Shown here piece by piece: positions 1-10,788 of a DNA stretch of 41,171 nucleotides. Positions within the stretch are counted from its first letter, which is position 1, and the number at the start of each line of letters is the position of its first letter. Under the pieces are notes generated by a model, which worked only from the letters and a program-made list of their open reading frames with translations, ran no database searches and was not told the DNA's origin. Where the stretch lies: contig NIVC01000490.1 of assembly GCA_002269645.1 (NCBI GenBank), positions 1-41,171 on the forward strand, in the 5' to 3' direction. The position numbers and the translations under genes are program-made. The stretch is from Macrostomum lignano (Eukaryota).

Positions 1-319
1 GCTTGTAGTGTATAGGCCCTTGGCCCTACTAAGTCTATTACTAATTGTCAAAAGACCTACGTAGATTGTCTTCAAAGTCTGCTGTGATACACCTTGCCGC
101 AAAACTGAAATGAAACTAAAAAAGCGCATATGCAATGCAAACTTGTATATAATGATATTCGTTAAATAACTAAAAACTGCTTGACATTGGCTAGATTTTA
201 CCATTTGAAAATTGCCTATCAAGCGTGTTACAACAAACAGTTGTATTTATATAAAAATTTGCTCCCCTTTTATATCTATCACTTAAAAGCTTTTGAATAA
301 AGGTATCAGAAAAATTCTT

Positions 320-428
320 GAATCTTGTCTCGAATTTCTTTGACAAAATTTGAGATTTCTCGAGATGAGAAAAAATGTTGAGATCTTGTCTCAAATCTTG
401 TCTCGTCGAGATCTTCGTGACAGCTCTA
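320..428. mobile_element. Probable right end of a hAT-like non-autonomous element (other end not found in window)
   Basis: Repeated TCTTGTCTC(G/A) subterminal motifs at 323, 384 and 397, ending in GTGACAGCTCTA (reverse complement TAGAGCTGTCAC), a terminus style typical of hAT MITEs. No partner TIR or TSD seen. Confidence 0.35.
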
Positions 429-1035
429 ATAAGTTAATAGTTTTTTGGTATTCTTTATAAAGATAAATTTTATAGTTTTTTGTTTGAAATTTAAGTAAAT
501 TTATTTAATTTTATTACTGTTTAAAATTTAAAATTTATACTTTCAAAATAAATAAATATATCTCATGGCGATATTCCCATTTAACCTTATTTTTTCCATA
601 ATTTATACAAATTAGATTAGCTAATAATTAAACATATCATAGTTTAAACCAAAGAATGCTTTTTTGCTAATGCTAGGAAATTCTAGCATATTATTGTTTT
701 TCACTAATAGTCTTAAACCTAATATACTAAGAATTTTTAAGCCCTCTAATAAACATTTTTTAATATTTAGTAGTTAAATATAGTAAATTATACCTCATAA
801 GTAATAAAGTTAAAGTTTCAATTCTATTAAATAGCCTATGACTAAATAAAAATATTAGGGAGGCCTACTTATCTTTTAGATCTTTGACTATAAATTTTTA
901 TATGAATTTAACTTTTACTTCATTTTAGTCATTTGGTAAACATACATGCGCAACTTCTGAAATTACGCTGGCCGTGCGACTTAGTTTTCGATAAAAAATG
1001 CGACTTACCTATGAAAGAGCCAAGCAAAAACTTTA

Positions 1036-1113
1036 GGTAAACGGCAGGAGTAACTATGACCATATTTTTAAAGCTAAATGCCTCGCCAGCTAATTAGTGC
1101 TGCGTGCAGATTC
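1036..1113 (+). pseudogene. Degenerate fragment of eukaryotic 28S rRNA (helix 69-71 region, the R2 / I-PpoI target region)
   Basis: GGTAAACGGCaGGAGTAACTATGAC matches the recalled 28S consensus at 24/25 nt. AAATGCCTCGcCAgCTAATTAGTG matches at 22/24 nt, with correct order and spacing, followed by AGATTCC. No other rDNA nearby. Confidence 0.78.
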
Positions 1114-1524
1114 CGCGTTTTTATAACAGCTAATCCGTATGTCATCTAGTGGCGGCATGAAGCAATTAGTAAATTGTCAGTACAGTGTAGTGAGCATACT
1201 ACAAAAGTCATGATTCATGAATGTCCAGAAGTAAGTGAAGTGAATACAGTGTGACCTATAGCTCAAGAACGATTTGCTAGACGATTTGGCATGGAAGATG
1301 AGAGCCCTGATTCAGATGGCTCATCAGATGCAGAATACGAATCCAGTAGAGATACAAGCTGTGAAAACCCACATATTTTTAAACCACTGAATTCTAATTC
1401 CCGGAACTATTTTTGCATAGATTCTAAATTTGAAGTCATGCTCAAACAAAAACTTGTTAACAGTTAGGAAAAAGGCAAAGATGGGAGTAATGCATGTTAA
1501 ACTAAGATTTGAGGCCTTTGCAAA

Positions 1525-2184
1525 TTCTCTCCATTCCTCAATCTTCTCATCCTCTTTTTCTTTTCTCTCTCATCCCTTATCCCTTCTCTCTTTCCTCTCC
1601 TCTCCTATCTCTTCTGTCTCCTCTCTACATTCTTATCTCTCCTCTCGTCTCTCTCCATTCCACTCTACTCTACTCTCTCATCTTATCTTCCCTCTCGTCT
1701 CTCTCCACTCTACTCTCTCATTATCTCTCCTCTCTTTTCTACTCTCTCATCTCTCCTCTCTTCACTCTCCTCTCATCTCCTCTTTATCCTCTCTTCTCTC
1801 ATCTACTCTCTCCTCTTTCCTCTTTCCTCTCTTCTGATCTTATCCATCATCTTTTCTTTCCTCTTTCCTCTAATCTCCTCTTCTCTCTCATCTCTTTCCT
1901 CCCTCAGCTTTTCTCTCCTCTTCTATCTTTTCTCCCATCGCATCGCTCGCCTCTCCTCTGTTTGCTTATCTCTAATCTTCTATTCCCTCTACTTTGAAGT
2001 AAGAAAATATGCACATATTTTTGCTGAAGATAAGAGGAGAGAAGAGGGCATTGAGGAGAAAGGGTAGAGAGAAAGGGGGAGAAGAGAGGAGAGTAAAAAT
2101 GAGAGGAGAGAGAAGAGGGAAAAGGGGGGAGAGAGAGAAGAGGGGAGGCAAGGTAGAGAAGAAGAGAGAGATGAGAGTTGAAGA
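1525..2184. repeat. Low-complexity polypyrimidine (CT) tract ~1525-1990 followed by polypurine (GA) tract ~2026-2184
   Basis: Almost pure C/T, then almost pure G/A, on the + strand. The L/S- and E/R/G-rich ORFs reported here are compositional artefacts. Confidence 0.9.
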
Positions 2185-2249
2185 GACACCAACCTTGCTA
2201 CTCGTAGTTAGGAAGTTTCAAAGAACCCGAGGGGCGAGGGCCAGATAGA

Positions 2250-2282
2250 GGGGCTTCGCGAGCCGGAGTTTGCCAACCCCTG
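2250..2282 (-). mobile_element. hAT (Charlie/MER58-like) terminus nested in the 941-3648 element
   Basis: Reverse complement reads CAGGGGTTGGCAAACTCCGGCTCGCG, a classic hAT-MITE end. It is followed by CTCCAGAG, resembling the NTCTAGAN 8-bp hAT target. Partner end not found. Confidence 0.5.
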
Positions 2283-2406
2283 CTCCAGAGTTTAAGAAAT
2301 GACGCGGGCTTCTGATTTCAAAGATCTTGTCTGTGGTTGAAGGCTTCTATTCTGTTTTTGCTCTCCTGCCACACTTGCACCTACTACCCCCTGATTGCCT
2401 CTGATT

Positions 2407-3470
2407 GTGACTTACTTCCCTCTTATTGCGACTTAGTTGCTTCTTTTTGCGACTTACCTAATCCTTTTTGCGAATTACTTAATCCTTTTTGCGACTTACC
2501 TAATCCTTTTGCGACTTACCTAACCCTTTTGCGACTTACCTAATCCTTTTTGCGACTTACTTAATCCTTTTTGCGACTTACTTAATCCTTTTGCGACTTA
2601 CCTAACCCTTTGCGACTTACCTAACCCTTTGTGACTTACCTAATCCTTTTTGCGACTTACCTAATCCTTTTTGCGACTTACTTAATCCTTTTTGCGACTT
2701 ACCTAATCCTTTTGCGACTTACCTAACCCTTTTGCGACTTACCTAACCCTTTGCGACTTACCTAACCCTTTGTGACTTACCTAATCCTTTTTGCGACTTA
2801 CCTAATCCTTTTTGCAACTTACTTAATCCTTTTTGCGACTTACCTAATCCTTTTTGCGACTTACCTAACCCTTTGTGACTTAGCTAATCCTTTTTGCGAT
2901 TTACTTAATCCTTTTTGCGACTTACCTAATCCTTTTTGCGACTTACCTAACCCTTTGTGACTTAGCTAATCCTTTTTGCGACTTACCTAACCCTTTGTGA
3001 CTTACCTAATCCTTTTTGCGACTTACTTAATCCTTTTGCGACTTACCTAACCCTTTGTGACTTACCTAATCCTTTTTGCGACTTACCTAATCCTTTTTGC
3101 GACTTACCTAATCCTTTTGCGACTTAGCTGATCCTTTTGCGACTTACCTAACCCTTTTGCGACTTACCTAACCCTTTTGCGACTTACCTAACCCTTTTGC
3201 GACTTACCTAACCCTTTTGCGACTTAGCTGATCCTTTTGCGACTTACCTGATCCTTTTGCGACTTACCTGATTCTTTTTGCGACTTACCTAATCCTTTTT
3301 GCGACTTACCTAATCCTTTTGCGACTTACCTAACCCTTTTGCGACTTACCTAATCCTTTTTGCGACTTACTTAATCCTTTTTGCGACTTACTTAATCCTT
3401 TTGCGACTTACCTGATCCTTTTTGCGACTTACCTGATTATTTTTACAACTTAGTTTGCTTCTTTTGCGAA
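2407..3470. repeat. Minisatellite, ~21-22-bp unit GCGACTTACCTAA(T/C)CC(T)nT, roughly 45-50 copies
   Basis: Direct reading of tandem units with variable T-run length. The same TGCGACTTA core occurs singly at 975, 999 and ~3575. Confidence 0.95.
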
Positions 3471-4582
3471 TTGTTTTTCTTTTGCTTCATTATTTTCCCT
3501 GAACTGCTCTTTCTTTCGCTTTCCTCTTGCCTTTCTTGGTTCTTGTGTTTTTCTGTTTTTGGTTGACTCAATTTTGCGACTTACCCCTGGTCAGCCACGA
3601 TTTACGGTGGCCGGATCGGCCAGGTCGGCCAGCAGTTGCGCATGTATGTTTGGTAAATATTGTAAGGTTAATATTTATAAAATTGTATTTTATTTTGTCC
3701 AACAAATATTATTTTAAAATTCAATATTTTTTTGCCAAATAAAGCCTAATAATATAGAAACAAAATAGCAAACTATAAAGTGGTATCTAATTATAATATT
3801 TGAATAATATTTGTAAGTCAATCCATACTCCTTGCTTAAAATAATCTATTTGGTTATCTAAGTATATGTTTAAACTCATAGCTAAAAAGTTATCAATAAA
3901 CATAATTTTATTAATGTACTTATCAAACTAGTAGACTTACTAATACTATATTCATTATATATTGTTATAACTTTGAATACAATAAGTGATAAAAATGTTC
4001 AATTCAAGTTTGGTTATAATTTTTTAAATGACCTCTATAAAAAAGCCTAAATAAACAAATTTGCTAATTAATAATTTTTTGTTCCATAAGTAAAAGACGC
4101 AGGGTATTAATATTAAGTTTTAATCAGAGAGATAGATAAGAGATTAGTGGAATAGTAGAATGATATATATAGTAAGGTTGAGGCATTGAGCAATTAAAGT
4201 TAAAGTGTAAGTTAAGCTAGGCAGATACAAAATGGAATGAAAGGGAAGCAAGTATAAATGTGCTGACTAACAATAAAAAATAGCAACATATATAATAAAT
4301 AAAAAGTACTATTTTATGCTTGCATTAAAATTTATTAGATTGATTTTATTAGAAATGGATTTGATTAGAAAATATCAAACCTTAAAGAGTGAATAAGTTA
4401 TTGAAATTTATATTTACAAAGCCAAGGTTTAAGTTGGCACTATAGCATTTTTAATCTGAAATAGAAAGTTGTTTGATTCCATTGCTAATTATTATCTTTA
4501 TTAAGTTGGCAAAAAATTCCAAAATGAAAGTAAAAACTAGCTAGTCAATTAATATTTTTACCCATTTTTTCACCTCTCACAG

Positions 4583-4750
4583 GCAGTGCTCCAGTGCCAG
4601 ATTCTGAGCCCTGACCAATGCAAGCAGTCTGGCTTCACTAGTGCTCTAGAGTGCTCCTCTTGCTCGCAATTGAAGCAGTTCGGCCTGTCTCAGTTGGATC
4701 AAGCCTGTCAGCAGTGCTGCAAAGGCGACAGTCTAGACAGTGCCAAACTG
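4583..4750 (+). CDS. SELENOF: Selenoprotein F (Sep15), internal exon with the Cys-rich N-terminal domain
   Basis: Acceptor ttttttcacctctcacAG, donor GTaatt. Translates AVLQCQILSPDQCKQSGFTSALECSSCSQLKQFGLSQLDQACQQCCKGDSLDSAKL, matching the Sep15 pattern C..GF...L.CSSC..L.QF.L.QLD..C..CC. Phase 0/0. Confidence 0.93.
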
Positions 4751-4951
4751 GTAATTTGCTGACTGCTGAACTCTTCTTCTACAACTCTGCTTTTGTGAAT
4801 CAGTCTATTTGGTTTGCAGTGCTGTGTATTTTTTTGTTTGATCACTGTGCCAATCGTGGTATTCAATAATCTGCTTCTGTATTCAAGCATCTGATTCAGT
4901 CAATCTTCTTTCTTTTCTCTCGACTGCAACTCGCTATCTGGCCTGCAAATC

Positions 4952-7705
4952 ATGGCTGATCGCATGCAAGACCAATCTGTTCATACAGCTGTACGACCTG
5001 GAGCAGCCCCGGGCAAGGAAGCCAGCTCGGCTAAGCGAAATCCTAATATAGTGATGCGCCAGCCACCTGCCGAATCAGCAAATAGAAACTCGTCCGATTT
5101 AGATGGCGACAATATTCAACCGCCTCAGCAGCCGCCGCCAGTTGCGCCGAAGCCTAAAGGCAAGAAAAAAGATAAGAAAGAGAAAGACAAAGACAGAGAG
5201 AAGAAAAAGAAAAAAGACAAGGATAAGGACTCTGCTTCATCGCCGCCAGTGCCACCGCCGCCAGTAGCGCAGCCACCACTGCAGAAAGAGCCGCCCCCGT
5301 CAGTGCAGCCAATGCCTTCCCAGGCGCCGCCGCCACAGACACAGCCTGCGCCACCACAGCCGAAACCGCGCTCTCACGCTTTGCCTCAGACGGTGCCGTC
5401 ACCGCAGCAACTGCCTTCGCCTACTCTACCGCCTCCCCAACCAGCGCAGGCGCAGCAGCAGTTGCGATCTTCGTCTCTGCCTCGCAATCAACCGGTAAAT
5501 GCGAGCGGATCCACCAGCGGAGCTGTTACCGCATCCGCTGCTCCTATGTTGCCTAATGCCGCAGTCGCTGCTGCAGCAAGCAAGCCGCAACAGTCTCAAT
5601 CGTTCCATGGCACCACCGCTGCCAGCCAGCCATCCGCCAGCGCCGTACCAGTTGATAATTTCGGTCCTGGCTTAGTTGGCATTGTTAATCACGGCAATAG
5701 TTGCTACATGAATGCCATAGTGCAATGCATCTGCCATGTTGACCCGCTGGCGCACTACTTTGCGTCCGAGCTATACCTACAAGACCTGTACGCGGGCACA
5801 GTTGATAAAAAAGGCCGCCCCATCCCACACGAATATCGCACCGAACTCACCGAGGCATTCGCTCAGCTATTAAAATCGCTTTGGTTTGGCAACTATCAGC
5901 CTCAACTGTCTGACAATCTTCGTCAGATTGTTGCTCAGACTCGACCGGAACTGGCTCTCCGGGATCAACAGGACGCCCACGAGTTTATGCTGCTGCTCCT
6001 GGATCATCTCCACGATGAGCTCAATGGCTATAAACGACAGCCTAAGGCTAAACAGAAGCCGCCGCTACCCCCTTCTGTCAATGCCGACAGTGCCACTTTT
6101 GCCGACGACCACGCTCAAAGAAATCGTTCCGTTGTCTACCAGTTGTTCTATGGTTACCAGCGCAATCGTCTGCAGTGTCCTGGATGCAGTTTCACCACCA
6201 GCACTACGGAGCCTATCACATGCTTGTCTCTGCCAATTCCTGTAGGCACAACCCGAGCGCTCACTATCGTACTAGCTGACGAGCGCGGCCGTCAGACTCG
6301 ATTCGGCTTGGAAGTTGCTGCTGATGGTTCTGTGCGCGAGCTTCGACGCAGTTTGACAACTCGCTGGCAGCTGGAGGATCCCCGTCATCTGCTCCTGTGC
6401 GAACTTGGACCAAACGGATTCTGGCGCACATTCCGCGACACGGATTCCACGGCTCTGTTGTGCGAGCTGGGCGAAGCAGGCAGCCTCTATGCTATTCAAC
6501 TGCCCAATCCAGTTATGGACGATGGCGACGATTCTGACTCGAGCGACTCAGAGCCCGTCTATCGACCGGACGGTATCGGTGCTGGCATCCGACCCCAGGA
6601 AGAGGACCTTAGCTACATTCGCATCGTGTCCGTTCACTGCGAGCGCACCCGCAGCGGAGAGCTGCGCCGCTTTACTGGCCCGCTGCACACTCAGCTCCAG
6701 GTACACTGTACTCATGCCGAGCTTAAAGAGGCCCTACTAACCGAACTGGAAAGGGCTGGAGATCTGGCTCGAATTGCTAATAAACGCGATGTCTATGTTG
6801 AACTGCGCCTTGTTGACGGACCTCCGCAGTCCTCTGTCCTCCAGCAGAATCAGCGTTCACCGCCTCTTGTTGGTCCCGCTGTAGACCGGGCATTGAACTT
6901 TAATCTGACCGATGGCGGGCCGCGTCATCTTAAACTCACAGTTGTCTGGGGTGTCGCCGAACGACAGCGCTACGCTGCCGCTTACGTTGATGAAATTGAA
7001 GCCGACGCTAGTCTTCGGACGGCGGCTGCTCAACAGCAGGACAGGCCAGTCAGCTTGCAGGACTGTCTGGCCGAGTACATGCAGGGCTTCCCAGCTTCTT
7101 GGATGTGCCCGAACTGTCGCCGAGTTCAACAAGCTGAACAAATCTCACGAATGTGGACTTGCCCTGATCTGTTGGTCATTCAATTGAAACGATTTCAACA
7201 GACTGGAACGCGCAAATCCAAGGTTTCCGCTTTTGTCCAGTTTCCTATCGAATCGCTGGACATGTCCGAATACCTTGACGAGGAGAATCTTGGCCGCCTG
7301 AATCCTTACTCGCTGTCTGCCACTGGCCGGCATCCGCAGTCAGCAACGCCAGCCGATTTCACCTACGATCTGGTTGGCGTAGTCAACCACACTGGCAGCC
7401 TACAGTCTGGCCACTACACCGCCTTCACGTTGAGTCAATCTGATCATCAGTGGTGGCGATTCAGCGACGGCCAAGTTGAAGCTCTGTCCGACATGACCGC
7501 TGTTAGCTCTTCGGATGCCTATCTGCTCTTTTATCAGCGCAGAACTCTTCGGGCCATTTTTGTTAACAATGCTCACTGGAGTGTAGCGATCGCACAGCAG
7601 CAAATGTACGAGCAACAGTTTGAGCAGCAGCCGCCTCAATCACAGCCGCTGCCATTCCAATCGCTCAATTTGCCACGGACGCGTCTCTGCCGCGAGAAGA
7701 TCTAG
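4952..7705 (+). CDS. USP31/43: Ubiquitin carboxyl-terminal hydrolase (peptidase C19), USP31/USP43-like; intronless; probably extends to 7995
   Basis: Cys box GIVNHGNSCYMNAIVQC, QQDAHEF, CPGC/CPNC zinc ribbon, LVIQLKRF, His box VVNHTGSLQSGHYTAF and WWRFSD. The insertion CLSLPIP...LLLCELGPNGFWRTF...HLKLTVVW resembles the USP31/43 ubiquitin-like insert. Pro/Gln-rich N-terminus. Confidence 0.9.
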   Translation: MADRMQDQSVHTAVRPGAAPGKEASSAKRNPNIVMRQPPAESANRNSSDLDGDNIQPPQQPPPVAPKPKGKKKDKKEKDKDREKKKKKDKDKDSASSPPVPPPPVAQPPLQKEPPPSVQPMPSQAPPPQTQPAPPQPKPRSHALPQTVPSPQQLPSPTLPPPQPAQAQQQLRSSSLPRNQPVNASGSTSGAVTASAAPMLPNAAVAAAASKPQQSQSFHGTTAASQPSASAVPVDNFGPGLVGIVNHGNSCYMNAIVQCICHVDPLAHYFASELYLQDLYAGTVDKKGRPIPHEYRTELTEAFAQLLKSLWFGNYQPQLSDNLRQIVAQTRPELALRDQQDAHEFMLLLLDHLHDELNGYKRQPKAKQKPPLPPSVNADSATFADDHAQRNRSVVYQLFYGYQRNRLQCPGCSFTTSTTEPITCLSLPIPVGTTRALTIVLADERGRQTRFGLEVAADGSVRELRRSLTTRWQLEDPRHLLLCELGPNGFWRTFRDTDSTALLCELGEAGSLYAIQLPNPVMDDGDDSDSSDSEPVYRPDGIGAGIRPQEEDLSYIRIVSVHCERTRSGELRRFTGPLHTQLQVHCTHAELKEALLTELERAGDLARIANKRDVYVELRLVDGPPQSSVLQQNQRSPPLVGPAVDRALNFNLTDGGPRHLKLTVVWGVAERQRYAAAYVDEIEADASLRTAAAQQQDRPVSLQDCLAEYMQGFPASWMCPNCRRVQQAEQISRMWTCPDLLVIQLKRFQQTGTRKSKVSAFVQFPIESLDMSEYLDEENLGRLNPYSLSATGRHPQSATPADFTYDLVGVVNHTGSLQSGHYTAFTLSQSDHQWWRFSDGQVEALSDMTAVSSSDAYLLFYQRRTLRAIFVNNAHWSVAIAQQQMYEQQFEQQPPQSQPLPFQSLNLPRTRLCREKI

Positions 7706-7995
7706 GCGACGGCGGCGAGGTAGCGCTCAGGCGATCCGCGCGTCCGCCACAGGCTACTCTACCTATCAACCTCATTCCTAATATGATGCCTGCACCTCCG
7801 CCTCAGCCACAGGCGCCAATTCTGTCCATTGACGAGACAGCCAGCGGCATGACTGTTAAGACTGGTCGAGCTCGGATTCACGTTCCAGATAGTAAGAAGC
7901 GTCAGGGCAAATGGGTGTGGCGCGGCGGCGTCAAAGTCTGGGACGGTCCGGATCCGCCGCCACCGCAGGAGCAGCCGGTGCCGCCGCCTGAATGA
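7681..7995 (+). CDS. Probable true C-terminus of the USP protein in a shifted frame
   Basis: An overlapping open frame (7624-7995) reads ASLPREDLGDGGEVALRRSARPPQATLPINLIPNMMPAPPPQPQAP...PPPE*. It has the same GC-rich, Pro/Gln-rich style, and GC drops only after 7995. Confidence 0.6.
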   Translation, partial: ASLPREDLGDGGEVALRRSARPPQATLPINLIPNMMPAPPPQPQAPILSIDETASGMTVKTGRARIHVPDSKKRQGKWVWRGGVKVWDGPDPPPPQEQPVPPPE

Positions 7996-9483
7996 TCAAT
8001 TGGTCCAAATCTGCTGCAGTCGTTCGCTCTTTAAAGACTTCCCATCTCTCTGTTTCTCCGCTTTCTCGATTCGTCTTTTCTACGCTCGTACGTGACTTTT
8101 TTTCTTGTCTTTTAAAACATGCCAAGCTTTACTAACTGACTTGACTTTTAAAGAATTTTTGTTACTAATTGTTGAGTCGAATTTGGCGTCAAGAGAAGGC
8201 ACAGTTTCAGTGTGCTCAAAGTACTCCAGAAGAGAGCTAGCATATCAGCTAAGTGTAAAGTATTGAATGACAGTAAAATATTGTGTTAACCAAAGCGTAT
8301 CGATGTTAGATTTATTGACGTGTATCTAATAGCTATCATTAAAAATATGAAAAACTTCTAAATGATTCCACATTCGACTTATACACCACCACTTCAACAA
8401 AAAACTTTTTTGGAGTAGCATACCAACTTGACAAAATTATATTGTTAACTTTCCATTTGCCATGCATAGGCTAGTTTTAGTTGTTGAGAGGACATTTCTC
8501 CTTTAGTATCTCTAGTATGCATCCATCTTTTTGTAGAACTGAGCCATTTATTGCAACTCGGTTATAAAATACACAATCAGTCCAATAATTACAAAACCTC
8601 CTCCGCTATGTTTTTTTCTAAAGACTAACCAAATCTGCTTGGCTGTGCCTGCATTGTGATGTGATGCGCTTATTAATAACTGGCGCTTATTACTTAGTAT
8701 TTTAGTTCGGCATATATGATTCCATATTTACAAATTTAATAAATATTGCTTAAAATTTGTTTTTTTAAGCAACAAAATTTCTAATGCCACTATAGACATT
8801 CCACAATAGGTGAAGCTCTCTATACGAAGGCCTGTTGACTGCACATTCCTGCGCTCCATGTGTTTTTGCAACTCTCTGGTTACTTGTACTTGTATGACAG
8901 CACCTTTTTAGTCCGGGCTGTCTGGTTACATTTTGATTATTCTACGAGCTATGCTATTTAATGCTCTTGTACGTTTCCATTTAATTGTATATGAAAAGTT
9001 TTTCTCTGTCCCTGTGTACTGCCCCACATTCCGTGATCCTATTGGCTATTACATTCCAGTATGCTGATATTCAATATTATCAGCAAATATTCTACCTTTA
9101 TGACCTTCTTGATTCACGTTGACTTTTTTGATTAATTCTTCACTCTAAAATACCAATTCACCCCAATCTGATTCGATCAGTTTTAGCTGTGCATGCGACT
9201 CATTTAGCTAACAATATCTATTAAATATTAATAAAGTCGATATGAAAAGTGCAGATTTGCACATTCATAAAAATCCCAAACAATACATGTGCCCTTTTAC
9301 TATTAACAGTTATTAAGTACCTGAAAAGCGATTCAAAATGTCTTAAAATTGTTGCGAATTGCTTGAGGTCTTAATCATTTTTTGCCATAGTTCATCAATG
9401 CCAACTCATTTAGGCACATGTAGATGAGGATAGGCTTAGCAACAAGATCATCGTCATTATTTTCTCTTTTAATTTCGTTTTAG

Positions 9484-9547
9484 CGCTACCAATTTGCTGA
9501 GCTGGAGATATGCGGATGAAAACTGGGCAGGTATCCACAGATTGAGG
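9484..9547 (+). CDS. SELENOF: Selenoprotein F exon carrying the selenocysteine codon (TGA 9517-9519)
   Basis: Acceptor ttcgttttAG, donor GTAAGT. Translates RYQFAELEICG-U-KLGRYPQIE, matching the Sep15 redox motif LEVCGUKLGRFPQ. Confidence 0.96.
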
Positions 9548-10179
9548 GTAAGTTATTAAAGTTAATGCTAAATTTTCGTTTTTCATTTACTATACTAATA
9601 GTATCGAGGTTTAAGGTATAGGCAATTTTTTAAGTTCATAGACTTAGAAATAGTTGTACGTGTATGTCCAAGTATCCTACTGTTTCGCAAGTAGTAGAAA
9701 GGGTGTCAAGTCTGACTGTTCTATTTAACTAGTTGGTTTTGGTTTTATTATTTGTATGAACGTAGTACGCGCGACACTTGTTGACGGAAATCTTTGAGTT
9801 TTCAGCAGTTATATATCGTAATTTCGAAGCATATTTTTCCAATTTTAACAGCCAATTTAAAATGAATGTGATTTAATACTTTCACTATGAAATCATTTTA
9901 ATTTTGTAATAATTTAAACACAGCGAGCTTGAAATTTGGAAGTTACGTAAAGAAGAACAATTCATATCGGATTGTACCTGCGTGTAAAACGATGTCGTCG
10001 TTAAAATTCAATAAAATAAACGTCTTTGGATACAGTTTTAACACAGAGTAGTCTGACTGACTCAAGCTGTAGCTTTTAAAGTGATAGATAATAAAACCAA
10101 AATAAATTTAAAGTTAACACAGTCACCGCACAAGCTGAAACTCAAAGTTAGCCAATTCTGGCAAAACTGGATATTGCAG

Positions 10180-10367
10180 CATTCATTAAGTCGAACCGAC
10201 CGTCTCAGTTCCCGGGCTTGAGCATCAAGTACAAGCGGGGCGCTGAGCCGGTCATCCGGCTGATGCAGGACGAGGCTGCCAGGTCTGCTGGCACCGGTGA
10301 GGAGTTCGGCATCGATCGATGGGACACTGACACTCTGGAGGAGTTCCTCCGGGAGCGACTGGTGTAG
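10180..10367 (+). CDS. SELENOF: Selenoprotein F terminal exon
   Basis: Acceptor ttgcAG, phase 1, compatible with the previous exon. Translates (A)FIKSNRPSQFPGLSIKYKRGAEPVIRLMQDE...EEFGIDRWDTDTLEEFLRERLV*, matching the Sep15 C-terminus (KYVRGSDPVLKLL...W.TD.VEEFL.E.L). Confidence 0.95.
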
Positions 10368-10788
10368 AGTTCAGTTCCTTGAGTTGGTTACTATAACAAG
10401 GCCATGGGGTGCTAAGTAAAACATTGCAATTGATAAAATGAAATTATAGCAATAATGGGCTAAATTATGCATAAAAATTGATAACTGCATTGATAGCAGT
10501 TAGCTGAACTGACTTAAAAAAGCATTTCATGGTCTTAACTAGTTTCAACAGACAATCGGTTTACATTTGATGCTTCGAGTCTAAGGGATACCTGCGTTAC
10601 CAAAATATCATACTACTTTATTATTAAAAATGAAGCTGGGGAAGGGGCAAGTGAATGATCAAATTGCTTTTGTCGATTCGCTTTGCTCTGTAGCAAAAGC
10701 GAAAATGCGTAGCAAAATGAACTTTAATGGTCTGCAATTAGTCGGTTTGATATTAAATATAGCTATGTGTTGTCGTTATCCCACAGCT

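Larger units (their letters stand above)
941..3648. mobile_element. Non-autonomous DNA transposon, 15-bp perfect TIRs and 9-bp TSD (Mutator-like by TSD length; superfamily uncertain)
   Basis: CATACATGCGCAACT at 941-955 and its exact reverse complement AGTTGCGCATGTATG at 3634-3648. Flanked by an identical TTTGGTAAA at 932-940 and 3649-3657. GCTGGCCG also recurs inverted just inside both ends. Confidence 0.88.

Noticed and set aside
1430-2960. ORFs over the CT/GA tracts and the 21-bp minisatellite
   Set aside because: Stop-free only because of low complexity; no protein-like content.
2407-3470. CRISPR-like appearance of the short tandem array
   Set aside because: Units are contiguous with no unique spacers, there are no cas genes, and the context is eukaryotic.
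8330-8720. Possible Tc1 DDE relic on the minus strand (RKKHSGGGFVIIG..., CILEILKEK)
   Set aside because: Too degenerate; catalytic motifs not recoverable and no TIRs seen.
8800-9120. Stop-riddled reading frame on the minus strand
   Set aside because: No recognisable motif; cannot be assigned.
9380-9550. Integrase-like reading on the minus strand
   Set aside because: Explained far better by the SELENOF Sec exon on the plus strand.
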